Assembly (NCBI GenBank): GCA_020435705.1
Contig: JAGQZG010000001.1
Span: 1-48,840 of the forward strand
Length of the DNA stretch: 48,840 bases
Direction: 5' to 3'
Source: Mangrovimonas sp.
GTDB lineage: Bacteria > Bacteroidota > Bacteroidia > Flavobacteriales > Flavobacteriaceae
Below the pieces are notes generated by a model that searched no databases, had not been told where the DNA came from, and saw nothing but the letters and a program-made list of their open reading frames with translations. The first letter of the stretch is position 1. Every line of letters begins with the position of its first letter. The translations under genes were made by a program, and so were the position numbers. Of the stretch, positions 35,827 to 43,126 are shown piece by piece.

Positions 35827-36369
35827 ATGACTAAAACTTCAAAAATACAGGATGCCATAGACAACAAGTTTATGGAACAACGCAAAGTTTTTCTTTGGGG
35901 CATGGTAGATGATAAATCTGCCAAACACGTAATTGACCGTTTGATGTACTTGGACTCGTTGGAAACCAAAGACATTGAACTGTACATTAACAGTCCTGGC
36001 GGGTATGTAACTTCAGGATTTGCTATTTATGATTGCATGCAATCTTTAAAGAGTGATGTGGCAACTATTTGCACTGGTTTTGCGGCGTCTATGGGATCTA
36101 TTATCCTTTCGGCAGGAACCAAGGGCAAGCGCCGTATTCAAAAACATGCGCGGGTCATGATTCATCAACCTAGTGGAGGCGCCCGTGGGCCTGCCAGCGA
36201 TATTGAGATTACGGCAAAGGAAATACTTTTAACCAAGGAATTGAGCGCTCAATTGCTGGCTGATAATTGTGGCCAGAAATTTGAAAAGGTGATGAAGGAT
36301 TTCAATAGAGACCATTGGATGGGTGCAGAGGAGTCTGTAGAATATGGTATTGTAGATACCATTATCTAG
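35827..36369 (+). CDS. ClpP-family serine protease subunit (short paralogue)
   Basis: Catalytic residues are in context: Ser in GFAASMGS, His in MIHQPSGG, Asp in NRDHWM. The protein is only 180 aa, with a short N-terminal segment before the VFLWG core that differs from canonical ClpP. Confidence 0.8.
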   Translation: MTKTSKIQDAIDNKFMEQRKVFLWGMVDDKSAKHVIDRLMYLDSLETKDIELYINSPGGYVTSGFAIYDCMQSLKSDVATICTGFAASMGSIILSAGTKGKRRIQKHARVMIHQPSGGARGPASDIEITAKEILLTKELSAQLLADNCGQKFEKVMKDFNRDHWMGAEESVEYGIVDTII

Positions 36370-36380
36370 AATTTTTTTCA

Positions 36381-37310
36381 ATGGATTTACGGCAAGAGTT
36401 AAATAATGTAGGAGGGTTTACCAACTTGGAGCTTTTGGCTAAGCAGGTGGTAGAGGGCTTTATTGCTGGCATGCATAAGAGTCCGTTTCATGGGTTTTCT
36501 GCCGAATTTGCCGAGCATAAAATATACAACAAGGGAGAAAGCACCCGGCATTTGGACTGGAAACTGTTTGCCAAAACCGAAAAGCTTTATACCAAGCGTT
36601 ATGACGATGAGACCAACTTGCGCTGTCATGTGATTTTGGATAACAGTAGCTCTATGCACTACCCCAACATGGGCAAGCAAAGTTTTGCCAACTTGAATAA
36701 AATGGGTTTTTCGGTATTGGCTATTGCCGCCTTGATGCAAATGTTCAAGAAACAGCGAGACGCTATTGGGTTGAGTGTTTACAGTGATAAGTATGATTTT
36801 TATGCCCCAGAGAAGGGCAGTGAGCGCCATCATCACATGTTGTTGAACGCACTTACCCAAACCATGGGATCCAAACCCGAAAACACCTTGACGGAAACAT
36901 ATGAGTACTTGCATTTGATAGCAGAAAAGATTCACAGGCGATCCATGATTTTTTTGTTTACGGATATGTTCCAAACCTCGGTAGACGATACCAATTTGTT
37001 TGAGGCATTACGACATCTAAAATACAACAAGCATGAGGTTGTGTTGTTTCATGTGTATGACGGTGAGAAAGAGCTAAAGTTTGACTTTGATAACAGTCCG
37101 CGGCGGTTTGTAGATGTAGAAACAGGAGAGTATATAAATCTTTATGCCGAAAACATTAAGGACACGTACACGACTGCTGTAAAAAGCTATTTTGAAGAGA
37201 TCAAGCTTAAGTGCCTACAGTATAAAATAAACTATGTCCCAGCGGATATACGAAAGAATTTTGATGCGGTTTTGATGACGTATCTTATAGAGCGCCAGAA
37301 GTTCATTTGA
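36381..37310 (+). CDS. DUF58 domain protein (vWA-like)
   Basis: It has the HKSPFHGFSAEFAEHKIY...LDWK block typical of DUF58. The ATG at 36381 is preferred, because the 22-codon extension in the ORF track overlaps the clpP-like 3' end. Confidence 0.8.
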   Translation: MDLRQELNNVGGFTNLELLAKQVVEGFIAGMHKSPFHGFSAEFAEHKIYNKGESTRHLDWKLFAKTEKLYTKRYDDETNLRCHVILDNSSSMHYPNMGKQSFANLNKMGFSVLAIAALMQMFKKQRDAIGLSVYSDKYDFYAPEKGSERHHHMLLNALTQTMGSKPENTLTETYEYLHLIAEKIHRRSMIFLFTDMFQTSVDDTNLFEALRHLKYNKHEVVLFHVYDGEKELKFDFDNSPRRFVDVETGEYINLYAENIKDTYTTAVKSYFEEIKLKCLQYKINYVPADIRKNFDAVLMTYLIERQKFI

Positions 37311-37337
37311 GAAGGCAAATAAAAATGCAAAAAAAGA

Positions 37338-37368
37338 TTTGCTTTATAAAAAATGCAATGTATATTTG
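37338..37368 (+). promoter_or_regulatory. Bacteroidota-type promoter for tRNA-Asp
   Basis: A -33 tttg (37338-37341) is separated by 19 nt from a -7 tatatttg (37361-37368). The tRNA starts 19 nt downstream. Confidence 0.55.
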
Positions 37369-37386
37369 CATCCGCGTTTGAGCAAC

Positions 37387-37460
37387 GGTCTGGTAGTTCA
37401 GTTGGTTAGAATATCTGCCTGTCACGCAGGGGGTCGCGGGTTCGAGTCCCGTCCAGACCG
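37387..37460 (+). tRNA. tRNA-Asp (anticodon GTC)
   Basis: I folded a 74-nt cloverleaf by hand. It has an acceptor stem ggtctgg/ccagacc, a D arm gttc/gaat, an anticodon stem-loop tctgc-ctGTCac-gcagg, and a T arm gcggg-ttcgagt-cccgt. The discriminator is g and no CCA is encoded. Confidence 0.95.
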
Positions 37461-37500
37461 CAAACCATTAGAAACCTCTACATTTTGTAGGGGTTTTTTG
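37455..37500 (+). repeat. direct repeat copy A (tRNA-Asp 3' end plus its terminator)
   Basis: agaccgcaaaccattagaaacctctacattttgtaggggttttttg. See copy B, which begins exactly 900 nt downstream. Confidence 0.6.
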
Positions 37501-37504
37501 TTTT
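37475..37504 (+). terminator. rho-independent terminator after tRNA-Asp
   Basis: The hairpin is cctctaca-ttt-tgtagggg with one G-U pair, followed by T6. Confidence 0.75.
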
Positions 37505-37530
37505 ATATCTTCAACTTTAAATGATTGTAA

Positions 37531-37549
37531 TTTATTGATGGTCAATAAA
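37531..37549. promoter_or_regulatory. perfect 8-3-8 palindrome upstream of the cold-shock gene
   Basis: tttattga-tgg-tcaataaa lies about 230 nt upstream of the csp ATG. It could be an operator, but no function is known. Confidence 0.25.
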
Positions 37550-37777
37550 TAAAAATTGGCTTATATTAGTTTATCCCGACTTAAAGGCGTTACTTTGCAG
37601 GGTTAGTAACATTATCATCTAGTAAAGATCTTTTTCTTTCCAGTTTAATTTCCTTCCTATTTCATTTTTTCGCTAACACGCAACCAGTTGCTGAACTCAA
37701 GTCAAGTTTAGATTTTTTATCTTTTTACTGGGCTTGGTCAAGGCACTTATTTATTAAACAATTTAATTTTTTATACC

Positions 37778-37969
37778 ATGGAAGGAACTGTAAAATTCTT
37801 CAACAAGTCCAAAGGGTTTGGATTTATTACTGCTGATGACACAAAAGAAGAAATCTTTGTGCATATATCTGGTCTAATTGATGACATTAATGAAAATGAT
37901 AAAGTAACGTTTAATACCGAACGAGGTAAAAAAGGACTTAACGCTGTTAATGTTGAAGTAATAGAATAA
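37778..37969 (+). CDS. cold-shock protein (CspA family)
   Basis: The 63-aa protein has the RNP1 motif KGFGFI and the RNP2 motif VFVHI. Confidence 0.95.
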   Translation: MEGTVKFFNKSKGFGFITADDTKEEIFVHISGLIDDINENDKVTFNTERGKKGLNAVNVEVIE

Positions 37970-37983
37970 CAAAGAGAAACCAG

Positions 37984-38011
37984 AGGCCACTAAATACTAG
38001 TGGCCTTTTTT
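37984..38011 (+). terminator. rho-independent terminator after csp
   Basis: The hairpin is aggccacta-(5 nt)-tagtggcct, followed by T6. Confidence 0.75.
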
Positions 38012-38026
38012 AATTTAAATTATTAC

Positions 38027-38221
38027 ATGCTTATAATAACCATAAAACCTGGGGAACATATTGAACGTGCAATTAAAAGGTACAAAAACAAGGTAAGAAA
38101 GACCAAGCAGGTACAACAATTGAGAAGTAATCAATATTTCACTAAAAAATCTCAAGCTAGAAGAGAAGAAATAGCCAAGGCTAAGTACAAGGAAGATTAC
38201 GAGCGATTGAAAGAGTTGTAA
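38027..38221 (+). CDS. rpsU: 30S ribosomal protein S21
   Basis: The 64-aa protein begins MLIITIKPGEHIERAIKRYKNKVRKTKQVQQLR. The ATG at 38027 is preferred because the ORF-track start at 38000 lies inside the csp terminator. Confidence 0.9.
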   Translation: MLIITIKPGEHIERAIKRYKNKVRKTKQVQQLRSNQYFTKKSQARREEIAKAKYKEDYERLKEL

Positions 38222-38354
38222 TTGCCATAACCAGGCTTAATGTTTTACTGCTCTATTGATAGTAATAATCTTATTTTCGTTTTTTTGAAAGAATACATGT
38301 TACATATTTAATAAGTGTTAATTGAAGCAGGGGCTAGTCTGAAGAATGATTGTG

Positions 38355-38399
38355 AGACCTCAAACCTTAAAACCTCTACAGAAATGTAGAGGTTTTTTG
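38355..38399 (+). repeat. direct repeat copy B (tRNA-flank-like sequence plus terminator)
   Basis: agacctcaaaccttaaaacctctacagaaatgtagaggttttttg. By hand alignment about 40 of 46 positions match copy A, with two 1-nt indels and a different loop. Confidence 0.6.
38371..38399. terminator. hairpin terminator between rpsU and the convergent PUL
   Basis: The hairpin is aacctctaca-gaaa-tgtagaggtt, followed by T6 on the plus strand and ttttaagg on the minus strand. It lies 150 nt past the rpsU stop and 32 nt past the beta-helix gene stop. Confidence 0.7.
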
Positions 38400-38430
38400 T
38401 CTTGTAAGGGATATAGATGAAGTAAGGGGA

Positions 38431-40068
38431 TTATTGGCTTTCAACTTCAATGGCGCCAAGGCTTGGCTTGTTTCCTATAGGGTTTCCTAATATGTCTTTG
38501 CCTGGGTTTAGGGAAGGAAGTATTCCGGTTTCATCCTTTGGAAGTAGGGGAATGTCTATTCCTTTGCCTTTTACTAAATCGATGTTTTTAGGAATATAGG
38601 CTTCAATATTCAAGCTACCATTATGTTCAAATCCTGGATCTCCAAAAATAGGATTTGCATCTTCTATTCCGGTTTCTTTTGGCCAATTGTCTTTGCGGAG
38701 GAATAAATTATTTTGAAAGAAGATGTTCTTATCTAAATCTCCATTTTTTGTTTCTGGCTTGTATTGGTCTCCCAACACCATTTTTGTTTTCCCCTGTAGA
38801 TAAAAAATATTGTTGGCAATTAGAATACCACTACTTGTGTTATCTAGGGCCATTTTTGAAACAATTGTAGCATCTGTAACTATGGTATTGTTGTAAATAT
38901 AAGAGTTTACGGGGCCTTTTCTTTTTTTGTTATTGCCTTGATAACCACTTAACCACAATGTTTTTCCTTCTTGAAAAGCACCATGAACCCCTTTTATTCG
39001 GTACCCATCATTTATACTCAGGTTATAACGGTAGGCGCAGTTGTAATTATTCCCCAGAATTTCACAAAATCCACCTGCATTGTAGGCGCTTATATTGTAT
39101 TGTAAAACAATGTTATCGCAATTGAAATCAATGTGTGCCCCTGCCGAATCTCCTGGGCCATTGGCATATAGAAAACGATTTTTTTCTATTAAAATCCTAG
39201 AGCTTCCCCAGGTCCAAAGTCCGCTACCGCGACCCCATTTTCGGGAATCATCATTACTTCCGGAGTTGGTTACAATATTGTCGTGAACATGAACATCTTT
39301 TACTTCGGACATTTGAATACCAGGCCCTCCGGTTAACTTAATAAGATTGTTATAGATTTTAAGAGCGCTAATATTCTGGTTCATTCCCGTTAGCTTAATT
39401 CCTGTATGGGAAACATTTTCAACCTGGCAACTGTTTATATTGATGTTTTCAATGGGTGTGTTTGGGGTTGTACTTATAACCCTAATGCCCCAACCATAGT
39501 GTTGTGTTCCATTGGCCGTTTTTACTTCATCTTTGCCTCTTTTAAAACCTTCATTTTCATAAAAGATATCAAATATGTTAAGTCTTGATAGGGTGATGTC
39601 TTGTGTTTTGTTTTCATCGGAATTCACTATTAAAACGCCACATCTCATGGTGTGGGTGGTTTCGGAAGTGGAATCGAACCCATTTCCCGTTATGGAAATA
39701 TTTGATAACGAGATATAACTGGAGCCCTTAATATAAATTCCATTAGGCTTGCTTTTAAAGTTTATAATGGCAGGCGTGTTTTCATCTAAAGTGTTCCAAG
39801 GAATAGAGGTTATTACTATGGGTGCCATGGGCGATCCATGTTTATTAACCAATAGAAGCGTGCCTTTATACTCTTGGCCATGGGCTAAAAATAACCTGTC
39901 GCCGGACGAAAAATGTTCTTTTGAAGCCCGTTCTAGGGTTTGAAAAGCCTGTTCCTTGGAATTTCCCAAATTGTTGTCGTTCCCTCTTAAGGGGTGTACA
40001 TAGTAGTCCTTAGCAAATAACAGATTTTGAAATAAAGCAACTAAGAGAAATAAAACAATTTTAGGCAT
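38431..40068 (-). CDS. secreted right-handed parallel beta-helix repeat protein (unclassified candidate glycan-active enzyme)
   Basis: It has a signal peptide and the N-terminal motif YYVHPLRGNDNNLGNSKEQAFQTLERA. Rung-like repeats recur (SLSNISITGNG, LSRLNIFD, SCQVENVSHTGIKL, IYNNLIKLTGGPGIQM, VHDNIVTNSG). It starts 13 nt downstream of the GH16 gene. Confidence 0.7.
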   Translation of the reverse strand: MPKIVLFLLVALFQNLLFAKDYYVHPLRGNDNNLGNSKEQAFQTLERASKEHFSSGDRLFLAHGQEYKGTLLLVNKHGSPMAPIVITSIPWNTLDENTPAIINFKSKPNGIYIKGSSYISLSNISITGNGFDSTSETTHTMRCGVLIVNSDENKTQDITLSRLNIFDIFYENEGFKRGKDEVKTANGTQHYGWGIRVISTTPNTPIENININSCQVENVSHTGIKLTGMNQNISALKIYNNLIKLTGGPGIQMSEVKDVHVHDNIVTNSGSNDDSRKWGRGSGLWTWGSSRILIEKNRFLYANGPGDSAGAHIDFNCDNIVLQYNISAYNAGGFCEILGNNYNCAYRYNLSINDGYRIKGVHGAFQEGKTLWLSGYQGNNKKRKGPVNSYIYNNTIVTDATIVSKMALDNTSSGILIANNIFYLQGKTKMVLGDQYKPETKNGDLDKNIFFQNNLFLRKDNWPKETGIEDANPIFGDPGFEHNGSLNIEAYIPKNIDLVKGKGIDIPLLPKDETGILPSLNPGKDILGNPIGNKPSLGAIEVESQ

Positions 40069-40081
40069 TAGGTGTATAGGT

Positions 40082-41611
40082 TTAATTAACGATCATTTTA
40101 AATGAATGAGAATACCCATTGTTGGTTATTTTAAAAAAATAGAGGCCTTTTTCAAATTTTGACACATCAATTTGAGCCGATTGAGATTGTTTGTTCCCAA
40201 GGATTTGTCGGCCATTTAAATCATAGATGTCTAGGGTATAATAGGGTTCATTGGTTTTAATATGAACGGAATGCTTAGCTGGATTGGGATACAGGTAAAA
40301 TGCTTTTTCCAGCCTACTTTTTCTGGCTCCTAAAGTTTCAGACGATTTATATACGCGAACGTAATCTACAAGGGCATCAGACAATGTTCCTATGGGCTGG
40401 CTTAGAAAATCCCCATCGGCAAAGCTGGCTCCAACAGATAGCCACAGCCATTCTGCTACTTGAGGAACTAGGGGGTAACCATTGGAATCTATGGTAAAAG
40501 GCAGTGGATTGTTTGCGTTGGTAGATTGAACTTTTACACCGTCATAGTAAATATCCATGCCGGTAGGTGTCCAATGCAAGCCAAAAACATGATAGCCACT
40601 GTGGATGTCCGGGGTATTGTACGGGATGGTGTGGCTTTTATGATAAGTTCCATAGCCATCAAAATGAACAACAGCTTTAGTGGTGTTGGTTACCCAAGCC
40701 GATTCAAAAATATCGACTTCTGCACCGTCTGCACCCGAATTATCTATATTGGATTGATTGTGCCCTTGCAACCAAAAAGCAGTATGGTTGCCTTTTGAGG
40801 TTTCGGCAATTTGAATTCTGGCCTCAAGGAAACCATACGTTGGCTCATATAAGTTCCTGCTTTCCACACTACCGCAATACATGGTATTACTGTCAACTTT
40901 AGTTCCTCTCAAAACTAAATTTCCTGAACCATCCAAAAAGGCATTGTCTTCAACCCACCACCAATCGTCAACACCTAGGTTGGGTCTGGCGGCTCTAGGC
41001 GTATTGCTTATTGTAATAAGCCATTTTAAAGGATTGATGCTCGTGTCGTTAAATTCATCACTAAAATCCAAATTCCAGTTTCCTGAAATCCCTAAAGGTT
41101 GTGCGTTTATAGGCGTGTTGGAATCTATAAAACTTGAAGGACTGCCGCTTTGTTTGGCAAGATAAACATTGTCAATTCTTAAAGGTCTGTTGCCAGACGC
41201 CTTGAAAAAAACCAGTCTTACTTGGGTAATGGATGCGGGTACGGTAAACGTGAATGTGCCAAACATCCATTGATCTGGGGTTGTGTCTAAAACAAGATTG
41301 CCATACACGGCAGCACTATTTTCATCTTTGGCTCTTACATTCATGGTATAATTACCAGACCCGCTAACCCACCGGTAGTTAAAGGCCACCACGTAGGTTT
41401 CCATAGGTTCCAGATCCAAAACTTGATATAATGACCCTTCGCCATTATTAACATTACCAACCAAAGAATTTGTTTGGTCATCTGTAAGAACCTGGTTGTT
41501 GTAACCAAGCCATGCGTCTGGATTCCCAGTTTGAAAATTTCCATTTTCAATGATGTTTTGAGCTTGCCCTATTGAGACAGTTAGTGAGAATAAAAATATA
41601 AAGCTTCTCAT
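40082..41611 (-). CDS. CBM-like module + GH16 glycoside hydrolase + T9SS C-terminal sorting domain
   Basis: The GH16 catalytic motif EVDIFE (ExDxxE) is at 40703-40720 and the beta-jelly-roll block is HTAFWLQG. The N-terminal module begins IIENGNFQTG. The C-terminal sorting domain runs from YLYPNPAKHSVHI to FKMIVN. Confidence 0.85.
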   Translation of the reverse strand: MRSFIFLFSLTVSIGQAQNIIENGNFQTGNPDAWLGYNNQVLTDDQTNSLVGNVNNGEGSLYQVLDLEPMETYVVAFNYRWVSGSGNYTMNVRAKDENSAAVYGNLVLDTTPDQWMFGTFTFTVPASITQVRLVFFKASGNRPLRIDNVYLAKQSGSPSSFIDSNTPINAQPLGISGNWNLDFSDEFNDTSINPLKWLITISNTPRAARPNLGVDDWWWVEDNAFLDGSGNLVLRGTKVDSNTMYCGSVESRNLYEPTYGFLEARIQIAETSKGNHTAFWLQGHNQSNIDNSGADGAEVDIFESAWVTNTTKAVVHFDGYGTYHKSHTIPYNTPDIHSGYHVFGLHWTPTGMDIYYDGVKVQSTNANNPLPFTIDSNGYPLVPQVAEWLWLSVGASFADGDFLSQPIGTLSDALVDYVRVYKSSETLGARKSRLEKAFYLYPNPAKHSVHIKTNEPYYTLDIYDLNGRQILGNKQSQSAQIDVSKFEKGLYFFKITNNGYSHSFKMIVN

Positions 41612-41623
41612 GGTTGTAGTTTG

Positions 41624-43045
41624 TTATTGTTGGTCATCTTTATCTGGAGGTGCTTTGTAAAGCACTTCTTTGTTTTGCATTAATTGCTTGTGTATGTAAT
41701 AGGTAACATCCATCCAAGGTTTTTCTTCGCCCCATAGAGGATCTATCATTTTTGATTCCCAACGGTTGAATTCATTTTGCAACCTGTTGTAGTCTAAACT
41801 GTCTGTTTGTGACAGATTTTTGGTTTCACCTATATCATTTGATAAATTGTATAATGTGCTACCAAAATTTTCTAATCTAACCAGTTTATAATCGCCCACT
41901 CTTGCCGCAGATTCTTCCAGTTTTCTCCAGAAGAGCTTATCATGAGGGTTCCCAGTTTTTTCATGGGTTAAATAGGGTAATAAATTAACCCCATCAAGCT
42001 CAAGGGTGCCATCTTTTTTTATACCAGCCGCCGCCAGTGATGTAGTAAAAATATCTAAAGATGAAGCCAAGCCGTTAAAAGTTTGGTTTCCTTTAATCTT
42101 ACTGGGCCAACTAACAATAAAAGGAACTCTATGGCCGCCTTCAAATTCGTTGCCTTTCCATCCTTTTAGGATGCCATTGCTGGATTGGTTATTATGTGCG
42201 CCCCCATTATCACTCATAAAAAAGATAAGCGTATTGTCTAAAATGCCTGATTGTTCAAGCTTCTTAAGGAGTTTTCCTATGTTTTCGTCTAAAGACCAAG
42301 TCATGGCTGCCAGATATTGTCTAGGCGCATCTTTGTACTTTTCAAGGTCACTTTCTTTAGCTTCCAAAGGGGTATGTACAGCGTTGTAAGCTAAGTACAT
42401 AAAGAAAGGTTGGTTTTTGTTTTCTTCAACAAAAGCTACGGAACGATCTCCTAGAACATCTGTGAGATACCCGTCAAAAACCACTTGTTTCCCATTTTGT
42501 TGTAGCATGTGCTCATAGGATGGGTTTTTAATAGGGAAATAAGATCTTCCTCCTCCTATAAAACCATAGAATTCATCAAAACCTCTTTCATTTGGGTGGT
42601 CTGTTTCTGTTCCTCCCAAATGCCATTTGCCCAGGGCAATGGTTTTGTACTTGTGAGCTTTGAACACATCGGCCATGGTTACCACATCATCAGATAATCC
42701 GATATCCCCTGAACCACCGTACCCTGTGCCATTTGCTTCAAAACCAAAGCGTTGTTGATACTTTCCGGTAAGCAGTCCTGCCCTTGAGGGAGCGCAAACA
42801 CTTGCCGTAACATGTGCATCTGTAAAAATGGTTCCATTATTTGCCAGATTGTCTATGTTGGGTGTTTCTAGATCTTTGCAGCCCATAAACCCAAAATCGG
42901 CATACCCCGCATCATCGGCAACAATTACGATAATGTTTGGTGGGTTTTGTTCGGGATTACTCTCTGTTTGGACTTGCTGGGATGCCTCGCCTTTACAGGC
43001 CAAGAAGAGAAGGGAGAAGATGGATAGGTGAAAAATGTATTTCAT
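41624..43045 (-). CDS. S1-family formylglycine-dependent sulfatase
   Basis: It has a signal/lipobox (LFLAC) and the motif DDAGYADFG. The CAPSRAGLLTG signature has its C-A-P-S-R codons at 42782-42796. The block GKWHLG is also present. Confidence 0.9.
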   Translation of the reverse strand: MKYIFHLSIFSLLFLACKGEASQQVQTESNPEQNPPNIIVIVADDAGYADFGFMGCKDLETPNIDNLANNGTIFTDAHVTASVCAPSRAGLLTGKYQQRFGFEANGTGYGGSGDIGLSDDVVTMADVFKAHKYKTIALGKWHLGGTETDHPNERGFDEFYGFIGGGRSYFPIKNPSYEHMLQQNGKQVVFDGYLTDVLGDRSVAFVEENKNQPFFMYLAYNAVHTPLEAKESDLEKYKDAPRQYLAAMTWSLDENIGKLLKKLEQSGILDNTLIFFMSDNGGAHNNQSSNGILKGWKGNEFEGGHRVPFIVSWPSKIKGNQTFNGLASSLDIFTTSLAAAGIKKDGTLELDGVNLLPYLTHEKTGNPHDKLFWRKLEESAARVGDYKLVRLENFGSTLYNLSNDIGETKNLSQTDSLDYNRLQNEFNRWESKMIDPLWGEEKPWMDVTYYIHKQLMQNKEVLYKAPPDKDDQQ

Positions 43046-43061
43046 TACGATGCGATTGCTT

Positions 43062-43103
43062 CTTGAAAAATAACAGGTGAATTCTAAAAACAGAATTCAC
43101 CTG
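43062..43103 (-). terminator. terminator between the CBM/T9SS gene and the sulfatase gene
   Basis: A perfect 12-bp hairpin caggtgaattct-(6 nt)-agaattcacctg is followed on the minus strand by ttattttt. Confidence 0.6.
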
Positions 43104-43126
43104 CCATGGGCTAATTCAACTAGTAA

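Noticed and set aside
36315-36380. A 22-codon N-terminal extension of the DUF58 ORF (MDGCRGVCRIWYCRYHYLEFFS).
   Set aside because: It overlaps the 3' end of the clpP-like gene in another frame and has an odd Cys/Tyr/Arg composition. The ATG at 36381 gives a normal DUF58 N-terminus.
36399-36974. A 191-aa antisense ORF inside the DUF58 gene. Similar cases are 11893-12393 inside the epimerase gene and 21277-21675 inside the LysE-like gene.
   Set aside because: All three sit in the codon-aligned antisense frame of a well-supported gene (I checked this by coordinate arithmetic). They have no family motifs, so they are shadow ORFs.
37339-37524. A 61-aa ORF overlapping the tRNA region.
   Set aside because: It spans the tRNA-Asp promoter, the complete tRNA and its terminator. 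The tRNA cloverleaf explains the sequence fully.
38000-38026. A 9-codon extension of rpsU (MAFFNLNYY).
   Set aside because: It starts inside the stem and T-tract of the csp terminator. S21 homologues begin at MLII, which corresponds to 38027.
38222-38370. A possible small ORF (23 codons starting at the atg in aatgttttactgc) or small RNA between rpsU and the downstream terminator.
   Set aside because: The ORF is too short and compositionally unremarkable to support, and I recognised no RNA family. The segment may simply be a 3' UTR ending at the 38371-38399 hairpin.
37455-38399. Reading the repeat-bracketed csp-rpsU segment as a bona fide mobile element or genomic islet.
   Set aside because: It has no integrase, transposase or excisionase. 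It is only 900 bp long and contains an essential ribosomal protein gene. I kept it as a finding about the repeat itself, not as a mobile-element call.
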